In this document: in pieces, positions 1 to 11,020 of the stretch
How the letters are laid out: each line of letters opens with the position of its first letter
Numbering within the stretch: position 1 is the stretch's first letter
From: Lama glama
Taxonomy: Eukaryota
NCBI GenBank assembly: GCA_028534125.1
Contig: CM052817.1
Span: 15,006,001 to 15,070,000 of the forward strand
Length of the DNA: 64,000 bases
Reading direction: 5' to 3'
Notes under the pieces: model-generated
Databases searched by the model: none
What the model was told of the DNA's origin: nothing
What the model saw: the letters and a program-made list of their open reading frames with translations, nothing else
Position numbers and translations under genes: made by a program

Positions 1-169
1 GACTAGTTTCTCTTCCAAGAAGTGGCACTGACCAAACAAAAATTATTCCCATGAGAAAAGTGCTTCATTTCTGGTCAGCAACAGCACAGATGTGGTTAAC
101 CACAGATGCGGTCAAGCACGTGACGTGGATAGTGTCAGACGCAGCTCGGGCATTTACGGAACGTGCGCC

Positions 170-345
170 CTCCAGTGACTTCCTCAGGTCTCGGTTCTAT
201 TTCCCTCCTCTGTAAAGTGAGAATTAAAATAAAACTACCTCCTTTATAGGACTGGAGTAAGAATTTAAATTAGATGATACGTGTAAGATAACTTAGAACA
301 CTGTCCACTCAGTGGTAAATACCATGTCCATTATGTGGCAGCTAT
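170..345 (+). mobile_element. MIR SINE fragment
   Basis: MIR core-like 'ttccctcctctgtaaagtgagaattaaaat' followed by 'aaattagatgatacgtgtaagataacttagaacactg'. Confidence 0.7.
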
Positions 346-3300
346 CGCTGTTTTTTTTCTGTTAATAGTAGTGTGAAGACTCTAAAATCAGGGAAATAAT
401 GTCAGGCAATCACCTCTTGTTGCAGCCTATCTTGCCTCCTTATTCCTTTCACTTGTACTGAAGCAGTGGTTCGGTGAAGGGCACCTACTGGCAGCTCTAA
501 GAAAGCAGCTCATCCTTCTGGCCGTGGACTGTATTCTTCCCTGGGCTAGAGTTTCAATCAGTGCTCAATTCGTCCTTTGCTTTCCCAGATCCACCCTGCC
601 CCGGGGATGGGGGACTGCATTCCAGAAGAGTCACCTGCCTTCTTAAAGCTGCTGTCTGCTGAGTGATTTAGGAGTGTCCTGCTTAACACAGGATTCTGTG
701 CTGGGCTCCATGTGCCTTTTGTGGGTTCAGATTCCAAGTCAGGCAGAACCAAAAACATTTTATTTACTACTAGCATGGCAACAAAGAAGACCCGTGTAGA
801 AATAACACCGTGTTTTCCATTGTCTCTCTTTTTTTTTCCCCTCTACGTGAATGACAATACACGGTTCTTATTACTTTAATAGACCATAAACTGATTTGCA
901 TGCAAGATGGAACTAGTGAAATGGTTTGGCTGAGAAGGAAAATTTTGTTCTCTTCTCCGTGTTTCATTTTTACAGTAGAATGTGCTCTGAAAACCTTCCA
1001 GATCCTCTACCTTCCGATCACACTGTCTATTATAATTCTGCCCGATGGCAAACTTCTCCTTATTGACTCTAAATTACATTTAATCCTGTTAGGATCACTT
1101 TTTATTGAAAGGCATGTGTTCTGATGGCATTGACGGGAGTCCAGAAGCCAAGATGCCCAGCCAGAGGAAAATAAACTCTTGGAGTTTTCTAATGCTTGTC
1201 ATTTTTCATGCTGGGCCCAGCTGTGTAGCCTCTTGAAAGATGCAGAGGATTGGGGTGTTCGGTGCAGAAAACAGTGGGCTCCCGGATGGTGTGGAAAGCT
1301 CTCCACCACAAGGAAATAATCTTTTGAGTCCAGTGGACTGAGAACTAAAGGCCATTTTGAGCTAAGATAGTATAATTCTATTAGTGAAAGACCCTTGCGG
1401 GGGGAAATTGCCTGTGCTAAAATCTGTGCGCAAATTAAAATAGCAGGGCTAAGGGGGGAAATATCTCTATAAAAGGCTTTATGACTTTAGTGATAATGAT
1501 ATCCTTGTCACATTAGGGTCTGGGGACCTAAAGATATAGGAATTTTTTACATAGCATATGTGTCTTCTTTACTGAACTTCAGACTACGCAATACATCTGT
1601 TCTTGGGTGCTTATTTGATGAATTTGAATGCTGTGCTGAGCATACTTTTGTTCTTATCAAGGAAAAGGAGAAAATAGGGACTGAATATCATTGCTGTGTG
1701 TTGACACCTTGTGGGATTGATGTCATCCAAAGGCCCCATTTTGGCTAAATGTATTGCATGTGGAAGTTCCCTGTAATTTACACGGGGTATTTTTTTTGGC
1801 AACAAATTCTCTTAATATTGCTGTTTTGATATGGCTTGTAAAATGTATTTAAATGCACGCCTTGGTTTGGAATGGATTCATTAGGAAGGGATGAATTGAG
1901 GGGGAAAAAAGCTGTCAGCACAAATGCTGTTCATTTTCCCGGGTGACAGACATCAAGAGTCCCAAGGACTGTAACAGTTGAATAGCCGACTGCATGTATC
2001 ACGGCGCTATCTGCGCGGCGGGCCCTCCTCACTGATTGGACAGCAGCTGCAAATTTAAAGCTTATGCTACATTTCCCTAATTCCGTGACAAAGACAACAT
2101 GAGCAACGGTCTGTCACGTATTTGAAAATAGTGCCGTGTAAGTAAATAAAGACATAGTTCATAATTCTATAAAAGGATGAGGGCAACATTTATTCTGGAA
2201 TTAAGCAATAATGAAACAGACAATTCTTGGAGCTCTAACAATGGATGAGACAGTTTAGAACCAGTACATCTCTTTCCTAAACTATAGCAAAATTAAGATA
2301 GGAACCAACTGGTTTTATTTCCTCCTAGCCTTCTTCCCTCGTTCTCTCTCCCTTCCCCCTCTCTACCCACCTCTTTTCCTTCCCCGCTCCTTCCCTCTCA
2401 GTCGTTTTGCCTTTTCTGCCTGATTCTCTTCTTCCCGTTCCATCTGCTCACTCTCTTATCCTTTCATCAGCCATTTATTAAGAACCTGTCTTAGCTCAGG
2501 CATTGTAGGACTACATTGTGACCAAGACAGTTACAGATTTGGTCCTCAGGAAACTCACAAGTTATGTGGACCTGGTGCTGAATGACCCAAACGAAGACCA
2601 GCCCATGTGTTGGGCACCAGCAAAGCAGCCACCCTCCTCCTCTCTATTAAAAATTAAGCTTAGTAGGTGATATTTAGAGTAAAGTCTGAAAGCAGTCAGG
2701 CTGGGAAATAAAACTTTGCTGGACATCTTAAACTTCTTTCAAAGTTTTAATTCTTTTCTTAATTTGAAAATCCATATGGTGTTGGAGGAGACACCATTAT
2801 CCTGTCAGAGCTCAGGGCCTCTAAAAGTCTTACTAGGGAACATGTGGGGAACAAGTAATTAGACAGTGACATTGAACAAGTAATTAGAAGTGTGATGAGC
2901 ACAGGAAAGGAGAAACACAAAGTGTTCCAGCGCATATGATGGGGGCCTCACCTCCCTTCTTTTAGCTTGATGAAATCTAAGACATGCACATTTTAAACTA
3001 CAGTGGAATAAAGCCCTTGAAAGGGCTTGTGTGTACAGAGTGTCTGAAGTGGGCGAGGGGTGGGGAGAAGTAACCACTCCTGACTGCCTGTGAATTGAAT
3101 AAAAACAGTTCTGGGCAGACTGAGGAGGAATTGAAGACCCTGGAGAAAGGATGTGCATAGGTAGGATAAAGGTTTTTTCACTTTGACAAAATGGAATAAT
3201 TGGATGATCTTGATGTCAAGAAACAAATTCTTTATTTGCAAATGGTAGGGATAATGGAAAGAGAAGCTACAAGTAACCACCATGTCACCCGCACTGTATG

Positions 3301-3502
3301 GATAAGCTTTATACACTCTGCTCCTTGTGGCTTTGAGATCTTTTGGCGGCTCAACATAAAGGCTGTTGATACACGGATTAATTCCTGGGATGGTTTCATG
3401 ATACCATAAGTAGGAACATACTGTGTGGTCCTTAAGGAGTATGATGGAAAATTGTATGGCAATCATAGTATTACATATGATGTTTGTTTAGCATATGCCA
3501 GT

Positions 3503-3650
3503 AGGCATCAGTTTCACCTAGAGGTCTTGTTAAATCGTGGATTGCTGGGCCCCATCCCTGAATTCAGCACTTCTAGAGAGAGGCCGGAGAATCTGCATTT
3601 CTCAAGAATTGCCAGATGCTGCCTGCTTCGAGAGGCCTCAGTGTTTGCCA
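3503..3650. mobile_element. MER5-like hAT-Charlie MITE
   Basis: 'gattgctgggccccatccctg...gaatctgcatttctcaag...ccagatgctgc' resembles the MER5A internal sequence. Confidence 0.65.
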
Positions 3651-5124
3651 GCAAGCCAGTGAATTGACTAATTAGTGGGGGTGAGGTGGAAAGAGTGTTA
3701 GCCTAAGGTTCAGAAGACCAGGCAGAGCTCCTAGTGCTGCTGTTTAAATACCTTGATCAGCTCAGTCTTGGCATTGAAATTCTGTAAGTTTCTCCCCTCA
3801 TTGTAGAAAGCATGTTCTTAGAACAAATCAAATTATAGATCTGAAAGCATTTTGTAAACTGAAAAAAAAAAACACAAACTCCCTGAGATGTAAAACTTCT
3901 TAGCTCTCATTATGATCATCTCCATCTAGTGTGTCCAATGAACAGACACGCAAAGATTAGGAAAGGCACCCCAGCATGTGGAGAGACTAAATCTCTGACC
4001 CCGATAATCATGCGGGTCACAGAAAGATGCAGTGCAGGCTATTGATAGGGTACAAATCAGACGTTACAGAAAAGTTGGGTGAGAATAATTCTGTGGTGTT
4101 TCTAGAAGTTCCTGTTTTTGGTTCATTTGGCAAACTTTCATTTTTTTGGGAGCGGCCAGTTTTCTCTGTTAGATCCAGTTCTGGGTGGATGGATGAAGCT
4201 TGTTGGCCAAGAGTGGCTGTACCTCCTTCAAGAGTAATAGAGTCAGGAAAGAATGTTATAGTTTAAGTATTTAATGCTGTGAAAAACAAAACAGAAACAG
4301 ACAACAGACAAGATACTTTGGCTGTATGAAGCAACCAATCTCTGTTAGTTGAAGAATCCCAATTCTCATTTTTTATTTTCTGGCATGTTTACCCACTGTA
4401 CAGTTCCTGTGATTCAAATTTATTAAGGCTTAAAAAGTTAGACCTTAAATAAAAAGCCTTTCTATGCCCATACGATAAAACCGAGGCTCCATATTACACA
4501 GATTGTCAACCTCCTAAGATGCTTTATCTTCCCTCTCAGCTGAGCTCTGCCAGTGTGAGCTGGTCCAAGGGAAATAGACGATTCTGAACCCTGGTGAGAA
4601 TTTGAACACCAGTGTGTCCTCGAAGCATGTGCTGGGAGCACAGCAAAATTGAGAATCTCCTCCCTAGGGTATCCAGAAATCCTTTATTTGGCCGTTAAAC
4701 TGTTCATAGAACTTATCACTTTCAAGTGGTGACAGAAAATCATTGAGAAAGGTCCTTCCTGTCCAGCAATGACAAAGAAAACATCCCTGAGTATCAGTTG
4801 TCCTGGTGGTGGTGTTCTGAGCCCTGGGTACATGTAAAGCAGCTTGCCAGGCAGCCCTGAAGGTTTTATTTGAAATATGGCTTCCCCTCAAGTCTTAGGG
4901 GTACACGTTTACTTGAGTTTTAGTAATTATAGCTGGACTATTTCCTGTAGGAGGCTCAACTGTCGTTCTATAACACTTCTAAGGGAGAATAACAGATAAA
5001 GGAAGAAGACATACTAAAGAGTCCAGGACTGAAGGACTAGCAGGAGATCACTGAGGGCACGCCTTAGCTCTCAGAGAAGCAAAGCATCAGCAGCTGACAG
5101 ATGCAAATAAGTCCAAGTTAATAG

Positions 5125-5810
5125 CCCAGACTCCAGATTCAAACAGGCAGGGTTGAATTGCTTGTTGCACACTCTCTGTTTCTCGGTCCTTGGGCAAACT
5201 CATGTTTTAGAACCTCGGTTTCCTCATTTACAAAATGAGCTTAAAATATTTCCTCCTAGATGTGGTATCTATACACAATGGAATACTACTCAGCCATAAA
5301 AGAATGAAATAATACCATTTGCAGCAACGTGGGTGGACTTAGAGATCACCATGCCAAATGAAGTTAAGTCAGAAAGAGAAAGACAAAGACCATTCGATAT
5401 CACTTTTATGCAGAATCTAAAACACGACACAAATGAACTCATTCACAAAACGGAAACGGAAACTGACTCACAGGCATAGAAAACAAACTTATAGTTACCA
5501 AAGGGGAAAAGAGGATGAGGGAAGGATAAATTAAGAGTTTGGGATTAGCAGATACAAACTACTATATATAAAATAGATAAACAACAAGGTCCTACTGCAT
5601 AGCACAGGGAACCATATTCAATATCCTGTAATAAGCCATAATGGAAAAGCATATGAAAAAGAATGCACATGTGTATAACTGAATCACTATGCTGTACACC
5701 AGAAACGAACACAACATTACAAGTTAACTATACTTCAGTTAAAAAAAGCCCACTTATTTCCTTCCTCACAGATGTATGGTGAACATTATACGAGAGAATG
5801 CCAATCCCAA
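5125..5810 (+). mobile_element. MIR SINE interrupted by an L1 3' fragment
   Basis: MIR core 'ccttgggcaaact...aacctcggtttcctcatttacaaaatgag' lies before the L1 and continues after it as 'cttcctcacagatgtatggtgaacattatacgagag'. Confidence 0.65.
5258..5747 (+). mobile_element. LINE-1 3' fragment (end of ORF2 plus 3'UTR, cetartiodactyl-type)
   Basis: 'atgtggtatctatacacaatggaatactactcagccataaaagaatgaaata' to 'ctatacttcagttaaaaaaa'; degenerate TSD tatttcctcct / tatttccttcct. Confidence 0.92.
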
Positions 5811-7689
5811 CTAGGTTCCCTTAGGGAAAAAAGTAAAGACTCGATGCTTTTATTTAAAAGATCCTGTATTCAGCAACTACTATATGCTGGGCAGTGGGGA
5901 TGTCTTTCTCCAGTAAGTTATCTCACCCTATTGTGATTAGCTTCATGCTGACAATACAGTTAACACTTAAATATACTTCCTGAATTAACTGAATGAAATT
6001 TTCCTATTTTGCTCCTTGAAAGAAATAGTGTAGCGTGGGTCAACTGTTTTATTCACCTCTCACACCCTCCTTAAAATATATGGGACTTTTTAATTTGGAC
6101 ATTCTATTATTAAAAAGATGAAATGGTAAAATGTCTTCCCAGGTCTTCCATGTCAAAATTTTTCCTGGGGACACGCTTGATTAAGACTTGACACAAGGGA
6201 AGTTTTATTTTATACAGGATGAAATATATGCAAAAGACCATGACCATGTTACCATCATAGTTTGTATTCTTGAAGTTTGGATCTAATTTTTGATTTAGGC
6301 ACTTTGCCCCCACTGAAATATTATATGTTATAATGTAGCAGCTAATAAGATCTGATACAGTGACTTTAAATTGAATTTCATTAAAAAAATAAGAGCATAA
6401 AATGTCTTCCTAATAGTCTTAATTAGGGAAAATGGAAGATCATAGTATTTCTATATTAATGCACCAACTTAGATAATTGGGATAATGTGAAATGCACAGT
6501 GAGAAAAATAGGAAGTTTGGAAGCCAAGGGAAAAATAACCCACCACTTTCCAGTTTCTAGTATTTTTGTTTTTGGACCAAGGATGCTCACCAGATGTCGA
6601 ACATAATTTCTTAAAGTAATTATTCTCTTTCACGTGGACAAGTCAGTATTGTCCTACTGCAGCCCGTGTTTTGTAGTGACTACTTCCCTGGGAAAGGCAT
6701 TGTTCCAAACCCACTGCTTCGTAAAACTGCCACTTGTCCTCCTGATTAGGGCATTGTATGAAAACAGTGCATTCATTGCAGGGTTCTCACTAATCTCTCT
6801 CCTTTCATCCAGAGCCTCCCAGTTTTTCAGAGAGCTCTGCCTTCGCATTTTTAATTGAATGCTCCTAAAAGTTGATATTCATGTATTCTGCCTGCCTGAA
6901 ATCTCTGTTCATACCTCACTGCGAAGGCCTTATCTGTCTCTTTTATATTTCAGTCTGGTTGGGGAGTGAAATTAGTCCAGATTCCCTAATTGGAAGCCAC
7001 ATGGGGCATCCACATGATGATAACCGTACCCAGAACTCAATCTACCTGGCACTCCGAAACAGAAGGTCGCCATTTTGTTAAACCATAGAAAATGCTACTG
7101 GGCATTTTACAGAATTGTCAATCAGGACAGAATGGACACTAATTGCTTTTCCCACAGCTGTTAACATTCCTCATCAGTGGCTAAGCAACCCTTAAGACAG
7201 GAACAAACTTTCTTAGGCATGTGAAAATCTCCTACAAACCTAAGTCTAGGTTTCCAAGGTGACATCTGTGAAGAGCTGTCTAATGACTGACATGAATGAA
7301 GAGCTAATATTTCTGAGCAAATAAAGTATTTTAGATGGAACAATCTGATCCTATTGAAAGGACTTAGTGATCAGAAAAATAAAATTCTATGTTTATAATT
7401 TTGGGGAGTATTTGTGTTAGTATGATATTATATGTTACTTTACACAGTGCTCTCCAAAGTAGACATAAAATGTGGGCAGATCAAGGGATGGATAAACAAA
7501 GCTAACATGGTCCAGACCCATCACAAGTTATTAAAACATCCTTCCATATTTTTTTCTATCAAAAAATTAGGAAATAATGTAAGCTTACTAGTATTTAAAG
7601 TAAAAATTTGCAGTAGTAGGTGTTCATAATTCATGAGTAAAAAGACATATATTGGGACGGCATGCTCTGAAAACTTTTACTAATGGGAG

Positions 7690-8302
7690 TGTATGCTAGT
7701 TATGTATTGCTGCGTAACAATTATCCCAGAACATAACATCTTAAAACAGCAAACATTATCTCACAGGTTTTATGGGTCAGGAATCTGGGTGTAATTTCGC
7801 TGGCTGTCTCTAGCTCAAGGTCTCTTATAAATTTGAAATAAAGCTGTTGGCCAGGGCTGTGGTCACATTTGAAGGCTCAACTAGAGGAGAATCTGTTTCA
7901 ACCTCATTCACCCAGTTATTGGTAAAATTCAGTCCCTTGAAGACTGTTGGACTGAAGGTCTTAGTCCTTTACTGGTTATTTGCTGGAAACCTTTCTCTCT
8001 TCTTGCCACTTTATAGGGTAGCTTGCAATGTGGTGCCTTTCCTCAGAGCAGCTGAATGAGAGAGGGAGAGACCGTATCCAAGTCAGAAGCCAAAGTCTTC
8101 AGAACTTAATCTTAGAAGAGGCATTCCATCATTTTGCCATATGCTATTCAGCAAAATAGAATAGCAGCAAGTCTGTTCAGTAGAATAGAATAGAAGTCAG
8201 TTGCTGAATCTAGCCTCTTCTCAAAGGCAAGGCATTATACCAGGACTTGAATTTCCAGGATGTAGGGCTCTTTTGGGGCTACCTTAGAGAGTGCTTACCA
8301 CA
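7690..8302 (-). mobile_element. MaLR solo LTR (MLT1 family)
   Basis: Starts 'tgtatgctagttatgtattgctgcgtaacaa' (reverse complement of an MLT1 3' end) and ends 'cttaccaca'. Confidence 0.85.
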
Positions 8303-8344
8303 GAGCACATGATCAAAAGGTCTGGCGACAACTTCTTTAGAACA

Positions 8345-8545
8345 CAGGTTTACAGACCTCTTTGTAAAAGTCTAGATTGTAAATATTTTAGGTTGGGTGG
8401 GCCACATATGATCACTGTGCATATTTTTCTTCTTATTTTTTTCAGTCTTTAAAAAACATAAAAGACATTCTTAGCTTGAGGGCCATACAAAATTAGGCCA
8501 TGGGGCAGATTTTTCTTTCCAACCACTATTTGCTCACACATGCTG
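8345..8545. mobile_element. MER58-like hAT-Charlie MITE
   Basis: 'tgtaaaagtctagattgtaaatattttagg...ttcttagcttgagggccatacaaaattaggccatggggcagattt'. Confidence 0.7.
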
Positions 8546-8554
8546 TCATAGACT

Positions 8555-8750
8555 GTGAGGCAGATTTCAGCTCAAAACTCAAAAGATTTCTAACAATTAA
8601 GGCTATCCAATGATAGAACAAATTTGCTCAAAAAAATGGGACAAATCCCTTATGCACTGAATTCCTTAGGCAGAGTTACAAAGTTGTCTCTCATTGGATT
8701 AAAAGTGGTCAGAATTAAGGGGAAAAGCAAGGAAAATGGACCAGCTGAGC
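8555..8750 (+). mobile_element. L3/CR1 LINE 3' fragment
   Basis: 'gaggcagatttcagctcaaa...tttctaacaattaaggctatccaatgatagaac' resembles the CR1/L3 3' region. Confidence 0.65.
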
Positions 8751-8998
8751 CCTTTTCCAAAGTCAGAATACTAGTTTCACAATGAAAGTGCCTGCTGGAT
8801 GAATAAGGTTGGAAATGCTATGTGCTATATCTAATTTTGAAAGAAACACAGACTTTTAGCACATCAAACTCTCTGGGAAATAAAGAAATTTGTCTGATTC
8901 TGTTCTTTCCAAAATTATTTGATCAAGTATTCTCTCACCTCCTTTAACTTTAATAACATCCATTACTTTCATTCCATGGAACAAACCTAGGAAACATT
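8751..8998. mobile_element. MER103-like hAT-Charlie element
   Basis: 'tttccaaaattatttgatc...ccatggaacaaacctaggaaacatt' terminal pattern. Confidence 0.5.
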
Positions 8999-9050
8999 AG
9001 ATTTAATGACAAGATCTCCTCCAACTTTTCCATTTTATTTTTAATTTGAA

Positions 9051-9578
9051 TTTTTTCTTTATTTTTTTATTGAAGTATAGTTGATGTGCAATATTATATG
9101 TTACAGTGTATAACAGAGTAAGTCACAATTTTTTCTAGGTTATACCCCATTTATAGTTACTATAAACTGTTGGCTATTATAAGTAAAGATTGTGCAATAT
9201 ATACTTATAGCTTATTTTATGCCTAATAGTTTGTATCTCTTAATCCTCAGCCCCTACACTGTCCCTCCCTGACTTCCTTCTCCCCACTGGTAACCTCTAG
9301 TTTGTTCTCTAGATCTGTGAGTCTGTTTCTTTTTTGTTATATCCACGAGTTTGTTGATGTTTTAGATTCCACATAGAAGTGATATCACACAATATCTGTC
9401 TTTAGCTGTCTGACTTATTTCACTTAGCAAACTGTTCTCTAAGTCCATCCACACTGCTGCAAATGGCAAAGTGTCATTCTTTCTTGTGGCTGAGTAGTAT
9501 TCCACTATGTATATTATATACCACATGCTCTTTATCCATGCAGCTATTGATGGACATTCAGATTGCTCCCATATCTTC
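9051..9578 (-). mobile_element. LINE-1 3' fragment (L1MA-like)
   Basis: T-rich tail then 'ttgaagtatagttgat'. ORF 9362-9580 (WEQSECPSIAAWIKSMWY...EYYSATRKND...AAVWMDLE) is a degenerate L1 ORF2 C-terminus. Confidence 0.92.
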
Positions 9579-10848
9579 AATTTTCTTAGTTGGAGGACAC
9601 TGTAAGATTTTATTTGGTTCTTCTAGCTTATACTTTTAGGTATATCTGCCTCCCTAAAAGGTTTAGTTTAACATTTATCAGCTACTTATATCAGGCCAGG
9701 CCCTCTTGCTAGGCACGGAAAGGTAAAGATCATATAGTTTGTCCTCAAAAAGCATATTAATTTCTTCTAGGTGCTGAACTTTAGCACAATGTTCTTCACA
9801 CAGAAGATACTTAGGAAAGGTTTGTTAAGTAAATGGAAAAAATTTTGAACCATTTGGGATTATGAACATGCAGAACTCAACAAATTCAGAAATGAATCAA
9901 TGAATTCTGGGTGAAAAGTAACAATGCACTTAGTTATCCCTATGTTGCCACACATCCGGGTATGTGTTTCTGAGCAATCAAACTAAGTTTATCACTGTCA
10001 TTAATTAAGAAACTTAAACTAAACCCGTACCCTGGAAATTCGGATTCGTATTACAATCTGCCACTTTAAAAATAACCCCTTGCAGACTCAGTTGACGTCT
10101 TTCCACTAGATGGTTTGATATGGCCGTGGCTTTCATCTTTGTATAATAGAGTATTATCTGGTTACAACACTTAATTCAATTAACATTATCCTTTAAATTT
10201 CTCCATCCTTTGTTGAAATGCTTCAATTTATTCCTCTTTTATCCTTGCCTCTCCTTTTTCAATCTTAGAAACTACTGTCATTAATCTACATCTTTTGAGG
10301 TTATCACTTCACTTTAGCTAGGAACCATTTCATTCTTATCATCCGCAGCGCATCGTCCAGGCTGTTCTTCTCTGTGCTGCATATTGTCATCAATATTCCA
10401 TCCTTATATATTTTTAATCTCAGCCAAGAATGTTGTATCATCTTCAATTCTGGTCAGATAAAATAAATGTTCCATTGGATATGTAAATGATCCTCTAAGC
10501 CAGATGAATTAGGAGGTTTTGCTTTCAGTGTTGAAAAAAGATCTTTATCCTTAAATCAGACATTATGGAAACAAACGAAATGTTACATGCTGGCATATTT
10601 TTAAATGCTAATTTTTTTACTTCCCCATGAAGAAAAAAATGGCATTTGCGGCTCAGGATTTGCTCTGGAAAATGAACTCTTTTCATTTATTTACCAAAAA
10701 AAAAAAAAAAAGAGGATCAGGGACACTTAGGGAAACTTTTATTCTTTGTCTGTCTCTCCAGCTGTCAGGTTATAATAGGACTGGCCTCTGCTTATTGGAG
10801 CTGGAAGCGAATGGATGCTTCCCAAAGTAGCCGGAGAAATCAAATTCC

Positions 10849-11020
10849 AGAATGTTTTAACTGGAAGGAATCTAAAATGATATCTGGTCCAACTCTCTGT
10901 TTTTATAGTTGAGGAAACTGAGGATTAAGGAAATTAAAGGAATTATTAAAGGCCACAGAACTCTAAACACTGTACTGGAGGCCACGTTTCTCGATTCTCA
11001 ACTCAGTTCTTTTTCTCCAT
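10849..11020 (-). mobile_element. MIR SINE (MIR3/MIRc-like)
   Basis: 'atctggtccaactctctgtttttatagttgaggaaactgagg...aaggccacag'. Confidence 0.75.

Noticed and set aside
2993..3466. 157-aa ORF, the longest in the track
   Set aside because: No recognisable domain or exon structure; this length is plausible by chance in 64 kb across six frames.
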